Origin: Octopus sinensis
Taxonomy: Eukaryota
Direction: 5' to 3'
Length of the DNA: 64,000 bases
Assembly: GCF_006345805.1 (NCBI RefSeq)
Contig: NC_043006.1
Location: 372,001-436,000, forward strand
This document shows, piece by piece, positions 24,703 through 37,189 of the stretch (positions within the stretch are counted from its first letter, which is position 1; the number at the start of each line of letters is the position of its first letter). A program made the position numbers and the translations under genes. Below the pieces are notes generated by a model. The model had not been told where the DNA came from and made no database searches. It saw nothing but the letters and a program-made list of their open reading frames with translations.

Positions 24703-25385
24703 TACAAGGTCTGATCCAATAAGTATCCAGACATTCTAGCTCACTTCTGGTGTTTACAGCAAAGCTTAGAAGGAAGGTGTGTAGCATATGATGATCACAT
24801 TGACCACGACAGAGAAAGTTGTCATGGCGATACCTGCTCAGAGGCCTACCAAAGGTGCAGAAAGTATATGGAGAGGAGTGTATGAGCCACACACAAGTGT
24901 AAGAGTGGTCCGGACCTTTCCAAGTTCGATGAAAAAGTCTCCATAGTGACAAATGATCTGGTAGAGCCGCAGTCAACAGAACTGAGAAAAACATCGCAGA
25001 TGTACGTGCAGCTGTGAGGGAAATCGTCGAATCATCATCCATAAGTTATCAGAGGATGTCCAGATTAGTTACGGTTCAGTTCAGTTCCGTATCACTGAAG
25101 ATTTGGGTATGAGATGTGTGTCTGCCAAGTTTGCACCCAAACTGCTTTCAGCAGACCAAGAAGACACCTGGATTTCAGTTGCACAAGATCTCCTTGATTG
25201 TATGGAGAACGATGTAAACTTATTGGAAACTTTGTGTAGGCCTCTAAGCAGGTATCACCAGGCATTTGGCAAAATTGGATGCAGATTCTCTGCTCAACTT
25301 TCTCTGTCATTGTCAATGTGATGATTACACGCTACACACCTTCCTTTCAATCACTGCTGTAAACAGTGGAAGAGAGCTAGAACAT
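24703..25385. mobile_element. Mariner-derived element with two inverted 5' arms (MITE-like)
   Basis: TA-caaggtctgatc start. Transposase N-terminus (EKVEQRICIQFC) on the minus strand mirrors 24770-24850; GMRCVSAKFAPKLL on the plus strand. Confidence 0.6.
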
Positions 25386-25878
25386 GAAAGTGTTACCAAT
25401 GGGCTAAGTAACAGAATGACAAGCAGAATTATTATAAGATTGATGTTAATGTGTGTGTGTCTGTGTGTGTAATTGTGTTAGTGTCTCCACCTGAAAATGT
25501 TATTACCTTGTTTGTAAACTGTTGAGGGTTGGTGATAGGAAGGGCACCCATCTATAGAAAATCTGCCTTAATAAGTTCTGTCCGACTGTTGCAAGCTTGG
25601 AGAAAGTGGTCGTTAAAATGATGATGATGATGATGGTGCTATGAATGTAGAGAAACTAATTATGAACAATATCTTTTATCTTTTCCAGTCATTTGACTGC
25701 AGCTCTGCTGGGGCACCACCTTGCTTTGAAGGGTTTTAGTTGAACAAACTGACCCCCAGTACTTACTTTTTTAAGTCTGGTGCTTATCCTATTGGTCTTA
25801 TTTGCCAAACTGCTAAGTTACAGGGACATAAAGAAACCATCAGTGGTTGTCAAGTGGTGGTGGGGGACAAATACAAAG

Positions 25879-25913
<35 letters not shown>

Positions 25914-26039
25914 TATATGTATGACAGGCTTCTTTCAGTTTCCATCTACTAAATCCACTTGCAAGGTTTTGGCTGGCTCAAGGCTTATGGTAGAAGACAC
26001 TTACACAGGGTGCCACACAGATAAAAAAAATAATAATAA

Positions 26040-26766
26040 TATTCCTTTCTACTGAATCCTTTCTGGTATAGGTACAAGGCCTGAAATTTTGTGGGGAGGA
26101 GGTTTGTTAATTATATCGACCCCAGTGCTCAACTGGTGCGTATTTTTACTGGCCCCAAATTGATAAAAGGTAAAGTGGACCTCAGCAGAATTTAAACTCA
26201 GAATGTAGAGACAGTTGAAATGCCAATAAGCATTTTGTTTGGCATACTAATGATTTGGCCAGCTTACCACCTTTTATTATTATTATTATTATTATTATGG
26301 TCATTGTATTATAGGTACAAGGTCTGAAATTTTAGGGGAGGGGCTAGTCGATTTCATCGACCCCAGTGCTTAACTGGTACTTGCTTCATTGACCCCCGAG
26401 AGGATGAAAAGCAAAGTCAGCTTTAGCGGAATTTGAACTCAGAATGTAAGGACGGAATAAATTCCGCTAAGCATTTTGCCTGGTGCACTACTGATTCTGC
26501 CAGCTCACTGCATTAATAATAATAATGCTTTCAAATTTTGCCACAAGGGCAGCCATTTTAGGGGAGGAGATCAATCACTTAAATTGAACCCCAATGCGTC
26601 ACTGGTACTTAATTTATCAATCCCAAAAGAATGAAAGGCAAAGTCGACCTTGGTGGAATTTGAATTTAGAATGTTGTGATGGGCAAAATACTGCTAAGTA
26701 TTTCGTCCAGCATGCTAACGATTCTGTCAGCTTGTTACCTGAGTAGTAATAGTAGTAGTAGTAGTA

Positions 26767-26801
<35 letters not shown>

Positions 26802-27100
26802 CCTTTCTACTATAGGCACAAAGCCAGGATTTTGTTGGGCAGGGAACAGTCAATTACATTGACTCCAGTACTCAACTGGTACTTGATTTATCGTCTCCGA
26901 AAGGATGAAAGGCAAAGTCAACCTCAGCAGAATTTGAGTTCATGTAATGATAATAATAATAATATCAATGGTTTCAAATTTTGACGCAAGGCCAGCAATT
27001 TCGGGGGAGGTAGTAAATTGATTACATCGACCCCAATGCTCAAATGGTTCTTATTTTACTGACCCTGAAAGGATGAAAGGCAAAGTTGACCCTGGCGGCA
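26040..27100 (-). mobile_element. Cluster of about five co-oriented SINE-B-related copies separated by (AAT)n/(TAT)n
   Basis: Repeated acaagg..tgaaatttt..ggggagg...cgaccccag...aaaggcaaagtcgacct...aatttgaactcagaa blocks. Confidence 0.75.
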
Positions 27101-27159
27101 TTATAATAGTAATAATAATAATCATAATAATAATAATAGTAATAATAATAATAATAGTG

Positions 27160-27650
27160 AGCTTATTGTATACAGTCTCAGGTGCACTACAGCTTGTTAG
27201 AAGAAGGTTAAAAAGAGGGGGAAAAGAGCAGACATACAAGTTAAGGATGAGAGCAATGAAGGTTAGAAGTACATGAACAGTTCACAACATGAAGAAATGT
27301 TTTTAAAGCCAGAGATAGAATGAGTATCAAAAACTTGGGAAGGAAGTGTGTTCCAGATGAGAATACCTAATTAACAAATTTTAAAACTGTGTTGTCAGTG
27401 AATGTCATTATTACATTTTATTCTATATAGATGGAAGTGGGTTAGTCAAGTCACTGAATATGTCTGTTAGAAATAGCATAGAAGTTAGACCAAAGAAGTG
27501 ACACATTATTATTTGTCATTTTTGTACATTAAAAACTAAATTTCTGTTGAACTCTCTTAGTTCAAGAGTGTGCAATTTGAGTTCAATCAAATGTTTAGGC
27601 TGTGCTAAATTAGGCACCCGAGTATCTCTCATATGAACTGCTTTCAAACC
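27160..27650 (-). mobile_element. Degraded CR1-like LINE 3' end
   Basis: Minus strand LKLHTLELR...WNTLP and tail gtagtgcacctgag.ctgtatacaataa+(att)n. Same tail at ~47150-47360. Confidence 0.6.
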
Positions 27651-27652
27651 AG

Positions 27653-28745
27653 TTACTTACACTCTGTTGAGTATGTACACTGACATTACACATCCAGCGG
27701 AGCATACTGGCTTCATTCCTTGTGAGCTTACGCATGTCCTCAGTAGTCACAGCCCATGTTTCACTGCCATGTAGCATGGCTGTTCATACACAAGCATCAT
27801 ACAGTCTACCTTTTACTCTGAGCGAGAGGCCCTTTGTCGCCAGCAGAGGTAAGAGCTCTCTGAACTTTGCCCAGGCTATTCTTATTCTAGCAGTTACACT
27901 TTCAGCACACCCACCCCTGCTACTGACTTGGTCACCTAGGTAACGGAAGCTATCAACTACTTCTAGTTTTTCTCCCTGGAATATGGCAGAAGTTGTTCTC
28001 TGCACATTTTCAGTGTTTATTGCTCCCGAGCATCTTCCACATACAAAAACTATCTTCCCAGTTAGCCTTCCTTTGATATTGCTGCACCTTTTGTGTCCAT
28101 AGCTTACACTGGGCACATCTTATAGAGTTTCTACCTATGCTTTTTCTACAGATCGGGCAGGGCCATCTACCTGAATGGATTTGTGGTTTGTCTGCCTTCC
28201 TACTTATTAAGACTTTGGTTTTTGCTAGATTGACTCTAAGGCCCTTCGATTCTAATCCTTGCTTCCACACCTGAAACTTCCCCTCTAGTTCTCATAGTGA
28301 CTCAGCTATTAGTGCAAGGTCATCAGCATAGAGGAGCTCTCAGGGGCATCCTGCCTTGAATTCCTCTGTTATTACCTGGAGGACCATGATAAATAAGAGG
28401 GAGCTGAGGACTGATCCTTGGTGGAGTTGACTTGTAGCAGTTGACTATGGTGCTGCTACACCAGTCATTGGGTATGACTCCTTCATGTATCACCTAATTG
28501 ACTTTACGGGGGACTATACAATAGTAGTCACCACCAGGTATTTTAAGCATCTCTGCAGTGATTCCTGATGGGCTGGGGGCTTTCCTGTCTTCATACTCTT
28601 AATTGCTTTATCTACCAAGGCACTATCAATTTGGATAGCTGGTCCCTCTGCTGGGTTGACATTTGGCTGACTCTTTCTCCCATTCAGTCTCTTCATTTGG
28701 CAACCTTTCATAGTGGTGTCTCCAAACCTCACTCTTTGCAGCCTG
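27653..28745 (-). mobile_element. Internal RTE fragment with deletions
   Basis: EVWRHHYERL, YADD region, PHD, FRYLG, RIAWAKFRELLPLL; homologous to ~17030-18515. Confidence 0.88.
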
Positions 28746-30850
28746 CTGTGAGCTTGTGACATCATCTTGGTTTTTTATTGCTTGTGATAATTTTGTATCA
28801 TCAGCATTGCTAGTGACAGTGGCTGTCTGAGTGACCGTGGGCATGCCTAATAAGGTTATTATGAACAGTAATGGTCCCAGAAGAGTTCCCTGGGGGACAC
28901 CACTTAGGATTTGAGTTTCCTCAGAAGGGGCACCATTGGCTGCAACTACCTAACTTCTGTTTTTAAAGAAGTCATGCAGCCACTCTCTCAGTTTACCAAC
29001 AATGCCAAGGTCTCATAGCTTATGACTTATCATGCCATGATCTACCTTATCAAATGCCTTTGCAAAGTCAAGGTATATCACACTGACACCTGAATGGTGA
29101 AGCAGCTGTTTCAAAACCCAGTCATGGTGCTGTAGGAGCTGTGTGAGGCAGCTTCTTTCTGGACGGAAGCCATGCTGAGTATTGTTCAGTCAGTCATTTT
29201 CTTCTGGTAACATTATCAACTTGTTTCTGATGATTCGCTCCATGACTTGATTAATATGCGAAGTCAGAGAGATTGGCCTGTAGTTTTTGGCTTCTGCTCT
29301 GCTTCCACCTTTGTGGATAAGGGCATATAATACCTTCTTTCAGTTTTTTAGGAAGTGTACCACTTGCAAGGAAACTTTGGAAAAGTATCTGAAGTGGTTT
29401 CGCTAAAGCCTGCTTACGTGACTTTAGGAGAATAGCTGGGAAGCCATCAGGACCAGTGGCGGAGCATGATCTCATTTCATCTATGGCCACTGTTACATCT
29501 GTTTCCTCAATGCTGATGTAATTGATGGCTGGTGCCCCCCTTTTTTAGAGCTGCAATATCAAAGAATTCAGCCGGATTTTTTATCTGCATGTGTCCAAGG
29601 GGGGAAGTGAAGGCACTTTTAAATTGTTCACTGAGTATCTCACTTATCATTCCTGTTTCTGCCATCAGTGAGTCATTCCTTTGGAACAATGGTCCTATTT
29701 TATATTGTATGGTGGCTGCTTCCTTTGTGAATTTATAGAAAGGTTTGGGATTTGTTTCTAAGCTTTCCACAGCCCTTCTCTCTCTCTCTCTGCTTTTTCT
29801 CTTTCATGAGAGAGTTTGATCTTGCTTTCAATTTCTAGGAGCATCCATTTAAGATAGACTTCTCTCTATCCCTCAATTGCCTATTCAGCTACTTTGAGAT
29901 CTTTGACCTGCATCTCTTAAGGATTTTTCTTTCCCTGGGAATCTTGTTTGACATTGTGCTGACCTTTCCTTTCTTTCTGGGATATATTTAGTGCACATAG
30001 CTTGGACTGTTGACATAAACTGGCTGAGTTTCAGATCAATGTCTTGCATACACAGAATGTTGGACCAGTTTCATTTGTGGATCTCTTTGTGAATTGATTC
30101 CCATTTTGTCTTATGGAAATTCAGTTTGGATAAGGCTTGAGTCCTCTTGATAGGGTAGATACTAACAATTCGCGCAGGACCATACATAGTTAGTTCAACA
30201 ATGTTGTGATCTGAGAGTACCGTTGGTGTCACCTTCACATTATGGATAAAGTCCACATTATTTGTGAGGCATAGATCCAGTATGATGTTTGCCCTGGTTG
30301 GTCTGAGTATCACTTGCTCCATGAACGGGTTATTAGTAAGTTGAAATAATGAATCTACATGCTTTTTTTCATGCAGTGACATCCCAGTGGAGAAATGGCC
30401 TTCTGGCCATTTGACATGTGAGAGGTTCAAATCACTCAGGAAGAGTTTGTTGATGTTCTGGCCTAGGTTTGTTAATGTCTTTGATGTGTGTGAGGCTGTC
30501 CTCAAATTTTCCATCACATTTTCGTGGTATTCGGCAGATGATAAATTGTGCATATGGCAGCATCATCTTGCTTTACATGTATTATTAAGCTGTTGCAAAC
30601 TGAGTTTGAATGTGGCCTTAATACAAGAGGTGTGACATCTTCATGGATGCACATAGCAACTCCACTGTGGCTTCTTTCTCTTCTGTCTGTACGAAATGCA
30701 GCATACCCTGGTATGTGCACTTCTGTATCTGTTACACCAGGGGCCAGATGCATTTCAGTGAGTGCCATGCATGTTGCTTGATTGCATGTAGCAAGTTGTG
30801 TTACATAAAGAATTTTAACTCCATTGTTGAGTTGTAGCAGACCTCCAATG
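28745..30850 (-). mobile_element. Degraded CR1-group LINE (APE + RT up to ADD)
   Basis: LTE.HL, PGY..FRTDR, ILDLCLTN, LSDHN, NPKPFY, SATGPDG, DFAKAFDKVDH, GVPQG, ADDTKL, with many stops. Confidence 0.8.
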
Positions 30851-30910
30851 ATCAGTAGGAAGATGGGTGCGATATATATATAATGTATATATATACATAC
30901 ATATATATGC

Positions 30911-30947
<37 letters not shown>

Positions 30948-31181
30948 ACATTCATATATATGCATATATATATGAATGTATATATATGAATGTATATATA
31001 TTCATATATATGAATATATATATAAACATATACATACATGTACATGCATATATATATATATATATAATATATATATATATATATACATTCATATATATGC
31101 ATATATATATGAATGTATATATATGAATGTATATATATTCATATATATGAATATATATATAAACATATACATACATGTACA

Positions 31182-31249
<68 letters not shown>

Positions 31250-31254
<5 letters not shown>

Positions 31255-32010
31255 GAAATATTAAAATTACTAAGTCTCTCTAAAAGAGAACAACGGCAGC
31301 GTTCTCGGAAAATAATAGTTATCGCCATACTAATATGGCATTCTTATAAAAATAAGAATAAAGCTGTCCGCTTATTAGCTCCATGAGGCCATCGCCTTAA
31401 GTTAGCTATTTGATACACAAACTGTATCCATATAACCTTTGAACAAGGGAGGTCAGTCGCTCCACACTACTTGGCCGGCAGCTACAGACGCGTTTCGGGG
31501 TATTGTCCCTTTTCAATGCAGCGTAGCCAGACCAGTAGGTGTCGCTTCTGACAATCTCTGTTCAAAGGTTTTATTTACCTAGCTAGGTAAATAAAACCTT
31601 AATAGCTAACTTAAGGCGATGGCCTCATGGAGCTAATAAGCGGACAGCTTTATTCTTATTTTTATAAGAATGCCATATTAGTATGGCGATAACTATTATT
31701 TTCCGAGAACGCTGCCGTTGTTCTCTTTTAGAGAGACTTAGTAATTTTAATATTTCTATTATTGAAAACAAGTGGATGTATTCCACCGAAGCTAGGTAAA
31801 TAAAACCTTTGAACAGAGATTGTCAGAAGTGACACCTACTGTAGCTGCCGGCCAAGTAGTGTGGAGCGACTGACCTCCCTTGTTCAAAGGTTATATGGAT
31901 ACAGTTTGTGTATCAAATAGCTAACTTAAGGCGATGGCCTCATGGAGCTAATAAGCGGACAGCTTTATTCTTATTTTTATAAGAATGCCATATTAGTATG
32001 GCGATAACTA
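31250..32010. mobile_element. Penelope-type pseudo-LTR array: one copy plus two inverted partial copies
   Basis: 31601-31762 is the reverse complement of 31250-31410; 31791-32010 is the reverse complement of ~31316-31583 minus 48 bp. Palindromic junction at 31565-31600. Contains a hammerhead-like motif. Confidence 0.65.
31481..31522 (-). ncRNA. Minimal hammerhead-like motif (degenerate core)
   Basis: Minus strand gctgca-TTGAAAA-GGG acaata CCC(C)-GAAAC-GC-GTC-tgtagc. Stems I and II pair; stem III is the palindrome ACGCGT. Confidence 0.55.
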
Positions 32011-32554
32011 ATATATATATATATATATATATACATTCATATAATATTAATTATACTTTTATGTATTGATTAAGTCTTTCCTTGTTTGATTTGCAAAATA
32101 GTGGTTTTGTCTCTAATTAATACCTAAATCTGATTTTTCCCTGTAAATTTGGATTTATTCCCTAATATTTATTATTATATATACATTCATATATATATAT
32201 ACATTCATATATATATATACATTCATATATATATATGCATATATATATATATATATATATAAATACATACATACATATATGTACATATATATACATATAT
32301 ATGTGCATACATATATATACACACACTCACACATATATGTATACATACATGTATGTATGTAAGTTTATGTATATATATATATAGGGAGAGTTCACAAAAA
32401 GACAAAAACAAAGGACGAAGACAGGTGGTGTACAAAACAAACAGATGTATTAGTGTAATGCTCAGGAATAGAAAAAGTCTTTTCCGTTTCGAGCCTATGC
32501 TCTTCTACAGAAAGGGACACAGAAATAAAATAAGGAGAGAAAAAAAATGTGTGT

Positions 32555-35500
32555 ATCATCATCATCATCATCATCGTTTAGCATCTGTTTTCCATGCTAG
32601 CATGGGTTGGACGGTTCAACTGGGGTCTGTGAAGCCAGAAGGCTTCATCAGGCCCAGTCAGATCTGGCAGTGTTTCTACGGCTGGATGCCCTTCCTAACG
32701 CCAACCACTCCATGAGTGTAGTGGGTGCTTTTTACGTGCCACCCGCACAGGTGCCAGACAGAGCTGGCAAACGGCCACGAACGGATGGTGCTTTTTATGT
32801 GCCACCGGCACAGGGGCCAGGCGAGGCTGATATATATATACACATACATAATTATACACACACACACACACACCTATCATTGCTATTATGCAAAAGTGTT
32901 GTAAGTCCAAAACGTTGCTTTTTCAGAAAATGAGAAAATAGTTTCCCCATTCCATTTCTTTTTATGTTAGCAACAGTTTCAGCTGAACAATAATACTTTG
33001 TTGGGTACATAAAATCATAACTCCATGCATGTATGATGTTTTCAGTCAGAAATACTTTTGCAAAACTATCATATGTAAAGGCTTACTACACTTTTGGAGA
33101 ATACAAAACTGTTGTACTAGACTTTGACAGTTTTCCTCTCTTGGCATCTGAAGCAGCTGGAAATGCAGTAGTTTGAGCAAAGGAACTGGCTATTGCAAGC
33201 AAAATTAAATCTTCAAAGCAATGCATTTGGCTGAATTTGGACATACAACAGTTTAACATAATAGCGATGATAGGCACAATTTAAAAGATGTACCAAAAGG
33301 TGCAACATGTTACCAAGAGGAATGGGTGTGCAAGATCACTTTTGTGTGTGTGTGTGTGTGTGTGTGTGCATGGGTTCATCATCATCATCATCATTTAATG
33401 TCCGCTTTCCATGCTAGCATGGGTTGGATGGTTTGACTGAGGGCTGGCGAACCAGTTGGCTGCACCAGGCTTCAATCTTGATCTGGCAGAGTTTCTACAG
33501 CTGGATGCCCTTCCTAATGCCAACCACTCCGAGGGTGTAGTGGGTGCTTTTATGTGCCACCGGCACGAGACTAGTCAGGCGGTACTGGCAATGACCTCGC
33601 TCGAATCTTTTACACATGCCACTGGCACAGGTGCCAGTAAGTCAATGCTGGTAACGATCACGCTTGAATGGTGTCTTTTACATGTCACTGGCACGGAGGC
33701 CAGATAGCCGCTCTGGCAACGATCACGATCGATTGTGTTTGTCTTTTTGTCTAGATATTGTACAACAACTGTAAATGATTGTAACTGTGTAACAATCCGT
33801 CTCATTGATTTCACTCAGACACAGCAGCCTCATGGTGTGACCTGTTTACCCAAGATTTTGTTATGGTTCACTTATCACAAGATTACTCTTATGTGACATT
33901 ATTTAGGTCATTCTCCAAACAAACAGTTGATGTCGTCCAGTGACACCGGCTGAAAAGTCAAAGTAGTGTTTATCTCTTTCAGTGTCTTGATTACCTATTT
34001 TCTGTGAAAAACATGTCTGGCCATGGGAAAAGTTTCTTTCCTGGAATCAAGTGAGGGTTAATAATAGAAATATGCTCAATAAATTCCATCTGACCTTCGT
34101 AAGCATGGCAAAGTGAATGTTAGAAGGTTAAAATAATGATGATGACATACGAATACTTTTAAATATTATTGTAGATACAGAATTAGCTTTATGAGAAACG
34201 TTCTTGAAAATATATATTGAATATTTAGTCATTAGCAATCCTAATGCATACTCTCAGTTCTAACAACAGAGTATATGTGACTAGTTTCTGGTTCATATTG
34301 TTCATGATTGTTACCAAGCCCTAAATGTAAAACATTGTACTTTCATCATCATCATCATCATCGTTTAATGTCCGCTTTCAATCCTAGCATGGGTTGGACG
34401 ATTTTGACTGGGGACTGGTGAACCAAATGGCTGCACCAGACTCCAATCTGATCTGGCAGTTTCTACAGCTGGATGCCCTTCCTAACGCCAACCACTCTGA
34501 GAGTGTAGTGGGTGCTTTTTACGTGCCACTGACACGGGGGCCAGTAAGGCGGTACTGGCAACGGCCATGCTCAAATGGTGCTTTTTATGTGCCACCAGCG
34601 ATGTAGCAATTTTGTGTTGAACTGAATTTTCACACGAAATTAGATTTTTATGAATTGTTTCAGATCACCACCCTTACTATTTATTCAAGGATTAGAAATA
34701 CAGGGTGGGGAAGAAAGACACTGATATTTTGTATGGCTGTTGGTGTGGCACTAATGAAGTCAGGCAGATGGTAACAAGAGTTTACATGTAGGTATCATCA
34801 TCATCATCCTTTAATGTCCATTTTCCATGCTGGGGCGTGGGTTTGATGGTTTGACTGAAAACTAGCAAGCTGGAGAGTTGCACCAAGTTCCAGTCTGATT
34901 TGGCTTGATGCCCTTTCTGTGTGTGCTGCATGCTTTTAATGTGCCTTTGGCACAAACGTGCCACTGGTACAAACGTGCCACTGGCATGTTTTACAAATTT
35001 ATTTGGGAGTGTTTTAGTTGTTAAAAATTTTTTAAAGTGAGGCACTAAACAAAAATGTTTACGAGTCAATGCTGCGTGTGATTAAAGAGGGAGGCCGTAG
35101 CAATATGATACGCCAGTGGTTGTAAGAGTGAAGATAATTATAACAATGGACTTGACAGTCTTTTTTAGAATATTTGAAATGTAACAAATAACTTATTAAA
35201 CAAACAAATGACATTAACCTCACTGGGAAAGAAATACAAAGTGGCTCCACCACAGGTTTTTATGTCATTGTGGAAGAAAAGGTTGCACGGATTGGACCAA
35301 CACTTTTGTAGCAGTCCTTCTGAAATTGCCTCTCATTCTATAATAATAATTCACTGTTTTAAAGGGATCTGAATTAAAACCCATCAAAATTTCATGTTGA
35401 TTTATGGTCCAAACACCAGCTTAGTAATTTTATTATTTTATGAACTTCTTCATTATTTTCAAAATTCATTAAAACCGTGCTGGTAGGGTGCCAAGAGCAC

Positions 35501-35850
35501 CATCCGAGCGTGATCGTTGCCAGAGCGGCTATCTGGCCTCCATGCTGGTGGCACGTAAAAGACCCCATTTGAACGTAATCATTACCAGCATCACCTTACT
35601 GGCACTTGTGCCGGTGGCATGTGAAAAAACATTTGAGCAAGGTCATTGCCAGTACCACCTGACTGGCCCCTGTGCCAGTGGCACGTAAAAGCATGCTCGG
35701 AGTGGTTGGTGTTAGGAAGGGCATCCAGCTGTAGAAACTCTGCCAGATCAAGATTGGAGCCTGGTGTGGCCATCTGGTTTGCCAGCCCTCAGTTAAATCG
35801 TCCAACCCATGCCAGCATGGAAAGCAGATGTTAAATGATGATGATGATGA
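32555..35850. mobile_element. Several short RTE 3'-tail insertions (32555-32830 -, 33377-33735 -, 34343-34600 -, 34795-34990 -, 35480-35850 +)
   Basis: Each shows (CAT)n/(GAT)n plus a catgctagcatgg-like segment and ggatgccctt. Confidence 0.75.
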
Positions 35851-37189
35851 AAGACAGTGTGTTTCAACAGAAAGAGTTAAGACTTTTGTTGTGAAACGAT
35901 CTGTAGTGTCTGGCTGTTTACAGTATGTACAGACCAGTCTGTCTAACCATTTACAAAGTGATGCATGTACTGACAACATGGATTATTAATTCTTTTATGA
36001 TAATAATAGCCAATATAAATGTTGGTTGGTTGATTTCTCTGGTCATGGTTCATATTGTATAGAGGAGGAAGTGGAGAGAGAGAGAGAAGATAAAAGAGAA
36101 TTACAAAGAGAGTTGATATAATTTGTGCAGGATGCTTGGTGTCAGACAATGAGTAAAGGAATGCAACACACACATACACATACAATGAGAAAGACAGAAC
36201 AGAAGAGGAGGTGGAAGAAGAGGAAGTGACAGACTAGCAAGGGGGAATGTAGGAATTATATAAATGAGAAATTTGTTTTATTCAGTTTTATTTTAAGGTA
36301 ATAAATATTATTCTTTTGAAAATTTGAATTCAATTCATCATTTTGCATAAGCACCAAGAAAATTTGTAAAAGTTAGATTATGATTATTGTGTATATGCCA
36401 TGTTACCTGATATTCCTCCTAGTGGTAAATGTTTGCTTCCAGAGTTATCTATCATGTGACTCAGGTTAATAAATCATGCCTTATATGGAATTTTGGATTA
36501 TCTGAAATGTAATCTTTATATATATAAAACTGAAAATGTGTGTCTGTCTGTCTGTCTGTGTGTTTCCCTAAAACTTGAGAACTACACAATCAATTTCATT
36601 CAAATTTTACACATGCCTTACTTAGGGTCCATGTAGTTTCATGGGCAAAACAAAAGTTCAACTTCTTGCCTAGAGCGAGCCCATAGCAATATCATATCTT
36701 CTCCACTATTTCAGTATTACGTGTTAAAAGTGAAACAAAAGCATTTCTCTATTTTATGTCAGATACTTTCACTTTAACAATAAAATTTAGAGATAATAAT
36801 AACAATTGAATTATATGTAGTAAGTAATAATTAAAATCAAACTAAAGTATAAAGTAACATAACAAAAGTAAAAATAGCAATTGGTATAAAATTGCATCAA
36901 TGATTTGAACTTGAATAAGTGGTTTCACATGAATGGGAATAAATTGAAAATAAAATTAGCATGTAGAAATGGAATAGTCCAGTTGGATAATAAAAAAAAT
37001 AAATTAAAGAAAAGACTATTGTCTATAAAGTATACAATGTAGAGAAAAAAGAAGATTTTCACACAGCGGTCGTGTTTTTTTGCGCTCTGTAAAATTCGGT
37101 TAAAAAAGAAAAAAGAACAAAAAGTGAATGGTTGTTGTTGTGAAATTTTGAACGTCGTTGATGCGGTTTCGCGTTTCACTGGTTCTACG

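Noticed and set aside
33755-34770. Acceptor-like sites at ~33755 and ~34663 with short open frames
   Set aside because: Expected by chance in AT-rich DNA; no homology recognised.
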